Positions 41,642 through 50,514 of a stretch of DNA of 64,000 bases are shown here, in pieces. The first letter of the stretch is position 1. Each line of letters opens with the position of its first letter. The position numbers were made by a program, and so were the translations under genes. The DNA lies in assembly GCA_965223855.1 (NCBI GenBank), contig CBDCXM010000009.1:2912001-2976000 (forward strand). The letters are read 5' to 3'. A model generated the notes under the pieces. It was given only the letters and a program-made list of their open reading frames with translations, had not been told where the DNA came from and ran no database searches. The DNA is from Candidatus Multivoradales bacterium. Lineage in GTDB: Bacteria > Acidobacteriota > Thermoanaerobaculia > Multivoradales > JAHEKO01.

Positions 41642-42823
41642 TCAGTCGTTGGAGCGGCCGAAATTGCTCGCCAGCTCGGCGAAGTCGCGTCCGTTGACAA
41701 CCCCGTCGTCGGTGATGTCGGCCAGCTGGGAGTAGCGCGGCTCGCCGTCGCGGGCTCCGAAGGCGTAGGCGACGATCAGGAGGTCGATACCGTCTACTCG
41801 GCAGCTCTTGTCGAGATCGCCGCGAAGAATCCTGCCGCCCTGGACCGGGAACCTTTGCAGCACCTTGTGAGCGACGTTCGGCGGATCGGCCTGATCGGAG
41901 GCCGAGAAGCCGAAGTTCGCGAAGCAGCTCAAACTGTCGGCGGTCGCACGGTGCTCCAGGGTCACCTTGCGCGGGCCGCCACTCGCCGTGGTCTCGATCG
42001 GCTCGCCGTTGATGGTGAGCGTGGCGGTGGCGCGATCGATCCCCTCGCCGAGATCGTAGATCTCCAACTCGAGCCGATCTCCGGGCCGAAGCTCCGGAAC
42101 GAGGTAACCGGGGAGCATCTGTCCCGCAACGGGACTCTCGCGGTCGTCGCCGTTGAGAAGATCGAAGAAGGTGTCGGCCATCAGCGCGAAGCCGTCGGGA
42201 TTGGGATGGCCTACGGTGTCGGCTACCCGGCTGTAGAGCGTGCCGAACGGGTTGGGCGAGTAGAGGAAGGCGTCGAAGATGTCCGACAGCTGCCCCTGCT
42301 GCCGGAAGGCCGTGTCGCGGATCTCCCGCACGAGGGCGAAGGTCAGGTCGTTGTTGACGTCACGCCGCGCCGTCGGCGGGCGTGGGATCACGGTGGCGAG
42401 GATCGGCTCACTGCCGAAGTCGGTGACCCGGCCGGCCATCGCGGCAAGGTTGCCGGCCACACTCTCGAACGAGATCTCGCCATCGAGCACGAGATTCACG
42501 TCGTTCGTTCCCTCCATGATGATGACCGTCTGGGGATTGGCATCCGCCATCGAGGAACGGATCCGACTGAGCCCCTCGGCGGTTACCTCGCTGTCGCGGC
42601 CGCCGTTGACGACGACGGCATCGGGGTCCTCCTGGCGCAGCTTGCTCTGGAGCCGACCGGGATAGCCGCCACGGTTCTGGGTGTCGAACCGGCTGTCGCC
42701 TCGGGTGATGCTGTCGCCGAACGCCAGCACTCGCGACGGTGGCTGGGCGAGAAGGGGGGACGCTGCGACCGTCAGCAGCGTCGCCAGAGTTACCGTCCCC
42801 GCGGCAAGCCAGCGCCACCTCAC
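41642..42823 (-). CDS. Secreted SGNH/GDSL hydrolase with C-terminal dockerin-like domain
   Basis: Signal peptide; FGDSIT, EGTND, D..GHPN; tail GDLDKSCRVDGIDL...ADITDDGVVNGRDF; GTG overlaps upstream TGA. Confidence 0.85.
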   Translation of the reverse strand: MRWRWLAAGTVTLATLLTVAASPLLAQPPSRVLAFGDSITRGDSRFDTQNRGGYPGRLQSKLRQEDPDAVVVNGGRDSEVTAEGLSRIRSSMADANPQTVIIMEGTNDVNLVLDGEISFESVAGNLAAMAGRVTDFGSEPILATVIPRPPTARRDVNNDLTFALVREIRDTAFRQQGQLSDIFDAFLYSPNPFGTLYSRVADTVGHPNPDGFALMADTFFDLLNGDDRESPVAGQMLPGYLVPELRPGDRLELEIYDLGEGIDRATATLTINGEPIETTASGGPRKVTLEHRATADSLSCFANFGFSASDQADPPNVAHKVLQRFPVQGGRILRGDLDKSCRVDGIDLLIVAYAFGARDGEPRYSQLADITDDGVVNGRDFAELASNFGRSND

Positions 42824-43869
42824 GGGACGCTCTCCCACTCGAGTGCCACGTCGCCCCGACCCAGGGGCCATCGAAAGTCGGGCGTCGTGCGGCCCGCATC
42901 GACGAGGACCGGGGCGTCGCGCGACTCCTCGACGACCGACGCGCTGCGGGTAGGCGCCCCGTCGATGGCGAGGTCGTAGACCGTCCATCCGGCCGGAAAG
43001 GCGTTCCGGACGAGAAGGTAGTCACCGCGCTCCAGGCGGCGGAACTGAGGGAACAGAGAGCCCGGCCCGCCGATGTCGCGGGAAGCCGACCAGCTGCCGT
43101 TTTCGAACCGCGCCAGCCGCACGTGGTACTCGGAGGAAGCGGGTTCGAGCCGGCTCCAGGCCAGCCATGCCCCGCCCGGGGCCGGCAGCAGCGCCGGTGT
43201 GACGTCGGGAACGCTGTTCGCGGGAGTCACTCTGCGTGCGGCGGTCCAGCTGCCGTCCGTCTCACGCAACGCCCAGTAGAGCTCGTCGTCGTGGCCGTCG
43301 TAGCGGCTCCAGACCAACAGCGTCCGCCCGTCGTCCAGCGGCTGCGCCACCAGCCCTGACTGGCTGCCGCCGATCGGCCTGGCCAGCGTCGCCGGCTCAC
43401 CCCAACCCCCGTCTTCGAGCGCGGCGAACCGGACTTCGAAGCGGGTCGGATGATCTCCCTCGAGCCAGGCGATTCCCTCGACGCCGTCGCGGGAAGGCAC
43501 GGGCACCACACCGGTGCGAAGCGCCGCCCTGCGGTCCGCCGGAGGTGCGATCCGTCGGGGGCCGCGGCCGAGATCCGCGAGAACGGTGAGCTCGAGCCCT
43601 TCCCGATCGGGTCGGACGCCCGCCGCCATCCACCCCTCGGCGCTCTCCTCGAAGGCGAGCCAGACCTCGTCGGGACGGGCTCTGAATCGCTGCCGCGCGC
43701 CGTCGGGAGCGACGACTCGCCCCTGGCGGCCACGGACCTCGAACGTCCATCCACGGGAGGCCACCGTGGCTTGTAGAGCCCGCTCGGTAGCGCCACGCCG
43801 TGCCGCGCCCACGGCGTCGGCCAGCAGGAACACGGCGATACCCAGCAAAGCCAGCAACGGCCTTCTCAT
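42820..43869 (-). CDS. Hypothetical secreted protein (beta-propeller-like repeats)
   Basis: Signal peptide MRRPLLALLG; recurring (L/I)xW...GxW blades; TAGGAT box 7 nt upstream. Confidence 0.75.
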   Translation of the reverse strand: MRRPLLALLGIAVFLLADAVGAARRGATERALQATVASRGWTFEVRGRQGRVVAPDGARQRFRARPDEVWLAFEESAEGWMAAGVRPDREGLELTVLADLGRGPRRIAPPADRRAALRTGVVPVPSRDGVEGIAWLEGDHPTRFEVRFAALEDGGWGEPATLARPIGGSQSGLVAQPLDDGRTLLVWSRYDGHDDELYWALRETDGSWTAARRVTPANSVPDVTPALLPAPGGAWLAWSRLEPASSEYHVRLARFENGSWSASRDIGGPGSLFPQFRRLERGDYLLVRNAFPAGWTVYDLAIDGAPTRSASVVEESRDAPVLVDAGRTTPDFRWPLGRGDVALEWESVP

Positions 43870-43954
43870 CGGAGGCATCCTACGGGCGCCTCCGGGGGGT
43901 GTCAACGCGTTGACCTTGCTGCTGCGGGCTCTTGTGGTGCGAGGGCCGCTTGCC

Positions 43955-43960
43955 TATCAT
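43955..43960 (+). promoter_or_regulatory. -10 box of predicted leaderless cinA transcript
   Basis: TATCAT followed by 6 nt then GTG 43967; no SD. Confidence 0.55.
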
Positions 43961-43966
43961 CCCGGC

Positions 43967-45232
43967 GTGCGAGCAGCGATTCTGGCGGTCGGATCCGAGC
44001 TCCTCGGGACGGTCCGTCTCGATACCAACTCCCTGCGTCTCACGGAGGTCCTCGACGAGCGGGGCGTGGAGCTCGTCTACAAGTCGGTCCTCGGCGATCG
44101 CCTGTCGGATCTCGCGCCGGCTCTGAAACTGGCGATCGAGTCGGTCGATCTGGTGCTCGTGACCGGGGGTCTCGGGCCGACTGCCGACGACCTCACCCGG
44201 GAGGCGCTGGCTACGGCGACCGGAACCGAGCTCCACGAGCGCGACGAGATCGTCGAAGAGATCCGGCGACGCTTCGCCAGCTTCGGCAGGGAGATGCCGG
44301 AGATCAACCGCCGGCAGGCGCTGGTCCCGACCGGTGGGGTGCCGCTCGACAATCCGGTCGGCTCAGCGCCCGGCCTCCGGCTCGAGGCCGAAGGGGGAGC
44401 TACCGTGTTTCTCTTCCCGGGAGTGCCGCGCGAGCTCGCCGTGATGATCGATCGCCACTTCGCTCCCTGGCTTCACGAACGGACGAGTGCGGGAGGAACG
44501 TTCCGCTCGACGCTTCGAGTCGCGTGCGTCGCCGAATCGACGGTCGAGGAGCGGCTGGCGCCGGTCTACGAGGCCTTCGGCGAGCTCGCGATCCTGGCTC
44601 GTCCGGGCGACGTGGAGGTGAGACTCGAGGCGGCAGCCGCCGGTGAGCTGGCAGCCTTCGAGCAGGCGGCCCGGGAGGCGCTCGGCGACGCCGTCTACGG
44701 CAGCGGCGAGGCCGGGCTCGAGACGGTCGTGCTGGACGCGCTCAGAGAACGGAAGTGGAGCATGGCGACCGCGGAGTCCTGCACGGGTGGATGGATTGCA
44801 CAAAGGCTGACGTCGGTGCCTGGCAGCAGCGACGCCTTCGTCGGTGGAGTGGTCGCCTACGACAACGCCGTGAAGACCCGCACCCTGGGGGTCCGGGAGA
44901 CGACCCTCGCGCTCCACGGAGCTGTCAGCACCGAGGTGGCCGAGGAGATGGCGAGCGGGGCCCTCGCCGCCCTCGGCGCCGACGTAGCGGTCGCCGTGAG
45001 CGGCATCGCCGGGCCGGGCGGCGGAACGCGGGACAAGCCGGTGGGCACGGTCTGTGTAGCCCTCGCCGCACCGGCAGAAAGCCATTCCGGGATCGCCCTG
45101 CTCTCACGTCGGCTGCAACTGCCGGGCGATCGGGAGGTGGTCCGGGCGCTCGCCACACAATGGAGTCTCGACCTTGTCCGCCGCTGGGTCCTCGGCCTCG
45201 AAGCCTCGCCGGTGGGCGTAACGACCGACTGA
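43967..45232 (+). CDS. cinA: CinA family protein (MoCF-like domain plus NMN deamidase PncC domain)
   Basis: VGSELLG, TGGLGPTADDLT, PGVPRE, ATAESCTGG, SGIAGPGGG. Confidence 0.93.
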   Translation: MRAAILAVGSELLGTVRLDTNSLRLTEVLDERGVELVYKSVLGDRLSDLAPALKLAIESVDLVLVTGGLGPTADDLTREALATATGTELHERDEIVEEIRRRFASFGREMPEINRRQALVPTGGVPLDNPVGSAPGLRLEAEGGATVFLFPGVPRELAVMIDRHFAPWLHERTSAGGTFRSTLRVACVAESTVEERLAPVYEAFGELAILARPGDVEVRLEAAAAGELAAFEQAAREALGDAVYGSGEAGLETVVLDALRERKWSMATAESCTGGWIAQRLTSVPGSSDAFVGGVVAYDNAVKTRTLGVRETTLALHGAVSTEVAEEMASGALAALGADVAVAVSGIAGPGGGTRDKPVGTVCVALAAPAESHSGIALLSRRLQLPGDREVVRALATQWSLDLVRRWVLGLEASPVGVTTD

Positions 45233-45275
45233 TGCGCTGTCTCGTCTCCGCCTGCGGACGACCGAGGGCCTGATC

Positions 45276-45923
45276 GTGCTGCCCGTCACGCTCTCGATCG
45301 CGGCCGCGTATCTCGTGGGGAGCTTCCCGAGCGGCTACTGGATGGTGCGCTGGCGCGGCGGTGCGGACGTCAGGCTCCTCGGTAGCGGCAGCTCCGGAGC
45401 GACGAATGTGCTGAGGGTCTCGGGAGCGTTCGCTGCGGTTCCCGTGCTGCTGCTCGACATCGGCAAGGGAGCGCTCGCGGTCGTCATCGGCGGACTGCTG
45501 GAGGTTCCGGTCTGGGCGCTCGGCGCCACGGCCGCGGCGGCGGTGATCGGACACGTCTGGCCGCTGTGGCTCCACTTCCGCGGGGGCAAAGGGGTCGCGA
45601 CCGCGGCCGGCGCGTTCCTGCTCCTGTCTCCCATGGGCGTGGCGATGGCAGCCGTCGCTTTCCTGCTCGTGGCGGGGGTGACTCGTATCGTCTCCCTCGG
45701 CTCGGTAGCGGCCGCCGGAGTGTTGCCGCTGGCGCTGGCACTCGACGGGTCGGTCGATCCCACTCTGATAGCTTGGGCCATGCTGGTCGCCGGGCTGGTG
45801 GTGGGATGCCACCACGAGAATCTCTCGAGGCTGCGCCGCGGCAGTGAGGCACGACTGGGAAAGCGCCCCGATTCCGGCGACGATCGAGACGGCGGCGAGG
45901 GGGACTCCGGCCTTGGGAACTGA
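45276..45923 (+). CDS. plsY: Glycerol-3-phosphate 1-O-acyltransferase
   Basis: YLVGSFP, GSGSSGATNVLR, GHVWP..FRGGKGVAT, H.EN..RL..G.E. Confidence 0.95.
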   Translation: MLPVTLSIAAAYLVGSFPSGYWMVRWRGGADVRLLGSGSSGATNVLRVSGAFAAVPVLLLDIGKGALAVVIGGLLEVPVWALGATAAAAVIGHVWPLWLHFRGGKGVATAAGAFLLLSPMGVAMAAVAFLLVAGVTRIVSLGSVAAAGVLPLALALDGSVDPTLIAWAMLVAGLVVGCHHENLSRLRRGSEARLGKRPDSGDDRDGGEGDSGLGN

Positions 45924-46944
45924 TCGCGACGCCCGGTCGTCGATAGGCGTCCTGGGCGCCGGATCCTGGGGGACGGCTCTCGCGGTGCACGCAGCGGGCC
46001 TCGGCCACGAAGTTCGGCTGTGGGGTCGAGATGAGGCTGCGATCGACACCCTCACCGCGGAGCGCGTCAACGAGCACTATCTCCCGGGAGTCACGTTTCC
46101 CGACGGATTGGAGCCGGTCTCCGCCCTCGAGCGGCTCGCTGGCTGCGAGTTGCTGCTGGTCGTCGTCCCGTCGCATGTCGTCGCAGAGGTGGTCGGCTCG
46201 CTCCTGGCGACGTTGGCGGGGGACGCGGCACCGACTCTCATCTCCGCCAGCAAGGGAGTCGAAGTGGAGACTCTCCGGCGGATGAGCGAGGTGCTCGCAG
46301 ACGAGGCGCGGCGAGCGGGGCGCGAAAGCCGGGTGGCGACCCTCTCCGGGCCGACCTTCGCCGACGAGCTGGCACGCGGCGTCCCGAGTGCCGCCGTCAT
46401 CGCCGCCGAGGAGGCCTCACTGGCGGAGGAGCTGTGCGAGCGGCTCGCCAGTCCGCGGCTACGGCTCTACTCGAGTACCGACCTCGTCGGAGTGGAGCTC
46501 GGAGGAACGGCGAAGAACGTCATCGCGCTCGGTTCCGGAATGATCGAAGGGCTCGGCCTCGGTCACAACACCCGGGCCGCCCTCATCACCCGCGGCCTGC
46601 GGGAGATCACCCGTCTCGGGGTGGCCTGTGGCGGCAGGGCGGAGACGTTCTCCGGGTTGGCGGGGCTCGGCGATCTGGTGCTCACCTGTACCGGGGGTGC
46701 TTCCAGGAATCTCAAGGCGGGGATGGAGATCGCCGCAGGCCGGACGCTGGAGGAGATCCAGTCCTCGGCCTCGATGGTCGCCGAAGGACTGATCAACACC
46801 CGTTCGGTGGCAGCGCTCGCCCGCTCGCTCGGCGTGGAGATGCCGATCACCGAGCAGATGGAAGCCGTGATCTATGGCGGCAAGGCGCCCGCACGGGCGC
46901 TGGAGGAGCTGATGACCCGAGACTTGAAGGCGGAGAGCGAATGA
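45913..46944 (+). CDS. gpsA: NAD(P)H-dependent glycerol-3-phosphate dehydrogenase
   Basis: GAGSWGTALA, SKGVE, SGPTFA, KNVIA, GLGDLVLTC; start chosen at TTG 45913 (uncertain). Confidence 0.95.
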   Translation: MGTDRDARSSIGVLGAGSWGTALAVHAAGLGHEVRLWGRDEAAIDTLTAERVNEHYLPGVTFPDGLEPVSALERLAGCELLLVVVPSHVVAEVVGSLLATLAGDAAPTLISASKGVEVETLRRMSEVLADEARRAGRESRVATLSGPTFADELARGVPSAAVIAAEEASLAEELCERLASPRLRLYSSTDLVGVELGGTAKNVIALGSGMIEGLGLGHNTRAALITRGLREITRLGVACGGRAETFSGLAGLGDLVLTCTGGASRNLKAGMEIAAGRTLEEIQSSASMVAEGLINTRSVAALARSLGVEMPITEQMEAVIYGGKAPARALEELMTRDLKAESE

Positions 46945-48485
46945 GCGTCGAACATCAGACCGTGCTGGTGCTGGACTTCGGCAGCCAGTACACGCAACTG
47001 ATCGCCCGGCGGGTGCGGGAGAACCGCGTCTACTGCGAGATTCACCCGCCCGATCTGGCCGCGGAGACGATCCGCGAGCGCGCGCCGATCGGCGTCATCC
47101 TCTCCGGCGGGCCTCAGAGCGTGTACAGCGACGACGCCTCGCGCCCGGACCCGAGCCTCTTCGATCTCGGCGTGCCGGTGCTCGGCATCTGCTACGGGAT
47201 GCAGGTGATGGCGCAGGATCTGGGCGGCACGGTCGAGGGGTCGAGTCACCGCGAGTACGGGCGCGCGGAGATCGGCGTCGAGGGAGAGTGTCCGCTCTTC
47301 GAGGGGTGCGACCGGACGGAGACCGTCTGGATGAGCCACGGTGATCGAGTCGCCAGTCCGCCCGCCGGCTTCGAGCCTGTCGCATCGACCCGCAACGCTC
47401 CGATCGTCGCCTTCGAGGACCGCGGCAGGCGGCTCTACGGCATTCAGTTCCACCCCGAGGTCTCCCACACGGTTTCGGGCGATCTGATCCTGCGAAACTT
47501 CCTCTACGGGATCTGCGGCGCCGCCGGCGACTGGGGGATGGCGTCGTTCCTGACCGAGACGGTGGCCGACCTCGAAGAGCGGCATCCGGAAGGCAACATC
47601 CTCTGCGGCCTCTCAGGCGGCGTCGACAGCTCGGTCGTCACGGTGCTCCTGAACCGTGCCTTCGGCGACCGGGTCAAGCCGGTGTTCGTCGACAACGGGC
47701 TGCTGCGCAAGAACGAAGCGCAACAGGTCCGACACAGTCTCGAAGACGGCCTCGGTCTCGACATCCTGACCGTCGATGCCGCCGACCGCTTCCTCGAAGC
47801 GCTGGAGGGAGTGGAGGATCCGGAGCAGAAGCGCAAGATCATCGGCCGCGTCTTCGTCGAGGTGTTCGAGAGTGCCGCCGCCGAGATCGACGATGTGCGC
47901 TACCTCGCTCAAGGGACGCTCTATCCCGACGTCATCGAGAGCGAGTCGGTGAAGGGGCCGTCGGCGGTCATCAAGACCCACCACAACGTCGGCGGACTTC
48001 CCGAGCGGCTGGGTTTCGAGCTCATCGAGCCGCTCCGCCTGCTGTTCAAGGACGAGGTCCGCCAGCTCGGGCGCGAGCTGTTGATTCCCGAGGCGCTGAT
48101 CGGGCGGCACCCGTTTCCCGGGCCGGGCCTCGCCGTCCGCGTCCTCGGGGCGGTCGACTCCGCACGGGCAGACCTCCTCAGGGAGGCGGACGCCATCTTT
48201 CTGCAGGAGCTCCGCGAAGCCGGCCTCTACGACCGCGTCAGCCAGGCGTTCGCGGTCTTGCTGCCGGTGCGGAGCGTCGGCGTGATGGGGGACTTCCGCA
48301 CATACGACAACGTCGTCGCGCTGCGGGCCGTGGAGACCCAGGACTTCATGACCGCGGACTGGGCTCAGCTGCCGCACGAGCTCCTCGGCCGCGCAGCGAA
48401 CCGGATCGTCAACGAAGTGCCGGGCGTGAATCGGGTCGTCTACGACGTGACGAGCAAGCCGCCGGCGACGATCGAGTGGGAGTGA
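46941..48485 (+). CDS. guaA: GMP synthase (glutamine-hydrolysing)
   Basis: LDFGSQY, GICYGMQ, QFHPEV, SGGVDS, IKTHHNVGG, KPPATIEWE. Confidence 0.98.
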   Translation: MSVEHQTVLVLDFGSQYTQLIARRVRENRVYCEIHPPDLAAETIRERAPIGVILSGGPQSVYSDDASRPDPSLFDLGVPVLGICYGMQVMAQDLGGTVEGSSHREYGRAEIGVEGECPLFEGCDRTETVWMSHGDRVASPPAGFEPVASTRNAPIVAFEDRGRRLYGIQFHPEVSHTVSGDLILRNFLYGICGAAGDWGMASFLTETVADLEERHPEGNILCGLSGGVDSSVVTVLLNRAFGDRVKPVFVDNGLLRKNEAQQVRHSLEDGLGLDILTVDAADRFLEALEGVEDPEQKRKIIGRVFVEVFESAAAEIDDVRYLAQGTLYPDVIESESVKGPSAVIKTHHNVGGLPERLGFELIEPLRLLFKDEVRQLGRELLIPEALIGRHPFPGPGLAVRVLGAVDSARADLLREADAIFLQELREAGLYDRVSQAFAVLLPVRSVGVMGDFRTYDNVVALRAVETQDFMTADWAQLPHELLGRAANRIVNEVPGVNRVVYDVTSKPPATIEWE

Positions 48486-48721
48486 CGTTCGAACTCGTCA
48501 CTCGCGAGGGGTGTCACCTGTGCGACGTCATGGCGGAGGCGCTCGACCGTGTCCTCCCGCCCCTCGGCATCGACTGGCAACCGATCGACGTCGATCGCGA
48601 CGACCTCCTCAGAGAGCGCTACGGGGAGGTCGTACCGGTCCTGCTTCGTGACGGGAGGCCGGTCGCCAAGGTTCGTGTCAGCGACGACCGGCTCCGACGC
48701 CTCGTCCGCCGCCGCCGCTGA
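48482..48721 (+). CDS. Glutaredoxin-like protein (DUF836)
   Basis: TREGCHLC CxxC motif, IDVD, YGEVVPVL. Confidence 0.88.
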   Translation: MTFELVTREGCHLCDVMAEALDRVLPPLGIDWQPIDVDRDDLLRERYGEVVPVLLRDGRPVAKVRVSDDRLRRLVRRRR

Positions 48722-48737
48722 ACCTCGGAAGGTCTCT

Positions 48738-49346
48738 TCAGCGGTCCTCGGCCGGCCCGATCGCTTTCAGCAGGAAGCTGTTGCTCTGCAGCCACGGCGC
48801 GAGTTCGAGCGCCTCGAGGTGGTCCCTCAGTGCATCGGTGGCGGACGGATCGAGCTCCCAGCCGAGCCGCTCGAACCAGCCGAGCCAGTCCTCCGGCGGT
48901 CGGCAGTTGATGTGCCCTCTGCCCGCCTGTCCTTCGGGAGCGGCGGAGAAGTAGATCCACGACCGTGCGACCCGCGTCAGGGTCTCGACCAGCTGCAGCG
49001 AGCGTTCGGGTTCGATGTGCTCGGCGACCTCGACACAGCAGGCGAGATCGTAGCGACCCGCGGCGGCGCCGAAGTCGGCGACCTGTATCGAGCCGTTCAG
49101 CCGCTCGCCGATCAGTGTCCTGACGTCGGGGCTCAGATCGACTCCGGCGATCGACTTGCCCGCGCCGGAGAACCGCTCGAGGAGGAAACCGTTGCCGCAA
49201 CCGACGTCGATCGCCGAATCGAAGTCGAGGTGAGCCAACAGGAAGTCCGCGACGAGGTCGTAGTCCTCGCGGAAGCGCTCCCTCCTCTGCAGATCCTTGA
49301 GGCGGTAGGGCTTGGGGCGGCGTGCGAGACGGCGGAAGAGGCTCAC
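48738..49346 (-). CDS. Class I SAM-dependent methyltransferase
   Basis: IDVGCGNG motif I, CVEVAEHI, GHIN. Confidence 0.85.
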   Translation of the reverse strand: MSLFRRLARRPKPYRLKDLQRRERFREDYDLVADFLLAHLDFDSAIDVGCGNGFLLERFSGAGKSIAGVDLSPDVRTLIGERLNGSIQVADFGAAAGRYDLACCVEVAEHIEPERSLQLVETLTRVARSWIYFSAAPEGQAGRGHINCRPPEDWLGWFERLGWELDPSATDALRDHLEALELAPWLQSNSFLLKAIGPAEDR

Positions 49347-50416
49347 GGGGTTTCCTCGGCCTCCTCGCGAACGAACTCCGACCAGTCGATGGGCAGGAGG
49401 CGATCCGGGTTCTTCTTGAGCATCTTGGCCAACCGTGCGGACAGCTTGTTCTGAACCGCCTCCACCTTGCCGTTGGTCGTGTCCTCGAGCGCCATCCAGC
49501 CTCCTGCCATCATCCCGTGGCCGCCTCCCTTGCCCTTGCGTCCCAGCAGGCGGCGCATCAGCCGCCCGGCCTCCGCACGCGGGTTGGTGGTCCGCACCGA
49601 AAGGTAGAGCCGCTGCTCGAAGACGCCGGTCACGAACGACCAGGTCTTGCCTTCGAGACGCAGCAGCAGGTCGGCCACCTCCGGAACGATGTCCGGCTGC
49701 TCGATTTCACCGAGATGCGAGGTGATGAGCGTACTGACCGAGGCCATGTTCTCGACCGCACGACGCAGCGAGTGGAAGTAGGCGAGGCCGAGCGGCGGTT
49801 GCTGAATCTTGCCGAGCGCGCGAACGTTGACGAGCGGGCGCAGCGCATCGTGGATCGCACGATCGGCGTTCGAGAACTCGCGCCGGAAGTCCTGCGTCTC
49901 GGTGTGGATGGCGTAGATCAAAGCCGTCGCGATCGGCTTCGAGATCTCGATCTCCGCCTCGCGCAGGTACTCGGCCAGCATCGTCGCCGTGGCACCGTAG
50001 TCGGTGCGAATGTCGACGAACGCGGCGTCACGGGTCGCCCTTCGGACCGGATGGTGGTCGAAGACGAGGTCGGGGCTCAGATGGTCCGGGAACTGGTTGT
50101 TTCCGGTCCCCGGCTGGCAGTCGACGAGAGCGTAGTGGCGGTAGTTCTTCCAGTTCAGGTATCGCAGGTGGCTGATCCTCAACCCGAGGGTTCGAACCAT
50201 CTGCTTGTTCTCGGCCCGACCGATTATCCCGCCGTAGGCGATGGTCGCCTGGCGGCGGAACGCCTTGCGCAGCAGGGTCGCCAACGCCGCAGCAGCAGCC
50301 AGAGAGTCGGGGTCGGGATTGTCGTGCGTGAGGATCAACCACCGACCGCGATCGGAGGTCCTTGCGAGCAGTTCCTGCAGCTCGGCAAAGCGCGCACGAG
50401 TGCGCTCGGTCGTCAT
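49343..50416 (-). CDS. DHH/DHHA1 family phosphoesterase (NrnA-like)
   Basis: HDNPDPDS, LVDCQ, FDHH, GGGH motifs. Confidence 0.9.
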   Translation of the reverse strand: MTTERTRARFAELQELLARTSDRGRWLILTHDNPDPDSLAAAAALATLLRKAFRRQATIAYGGIIGRAENKQMVRTLGLRISHLRYLNWKNYRHYALVDCQPGTGNNQFPDHLSPDLVFDHHPVRRATRDAAFVDIRTDYGATATMLAEYLREAEIEISKPIATALIYAIHTETQDFRREFSNADRAIHDALRPLVNVRALGKIQQPPLGLAYFHSLRRAVENMASVSTLITSHLGEIEQPDIVPEVADLLLRLEGKTWSFVTGVFEQRLYLSVRTTNPRAEAGRLMRRLLGRKGKGGGHGMMAGGWMALEDTTNGKVEAVQNKLSARLAKMLKKNPDRLLPIDWSEFVREEAEETP

Positions 50417-50514
50417 GAGGCCGCGTATTGTACCGGAGCAGAGTGTTCGAGCGGTGGTTCCACGTGGATGCGGATTCGGGTGAGCCGCGATCGGAACCAA
50501 CCCGTAACGAAAGC

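Noticed and set aside
40812-41700. tRNA-Arg as an integration site for an island
   Set aside because: No integrase, no duplicated tRNA 3' end noticed, and the downstream gene is a core YfgM-like gene
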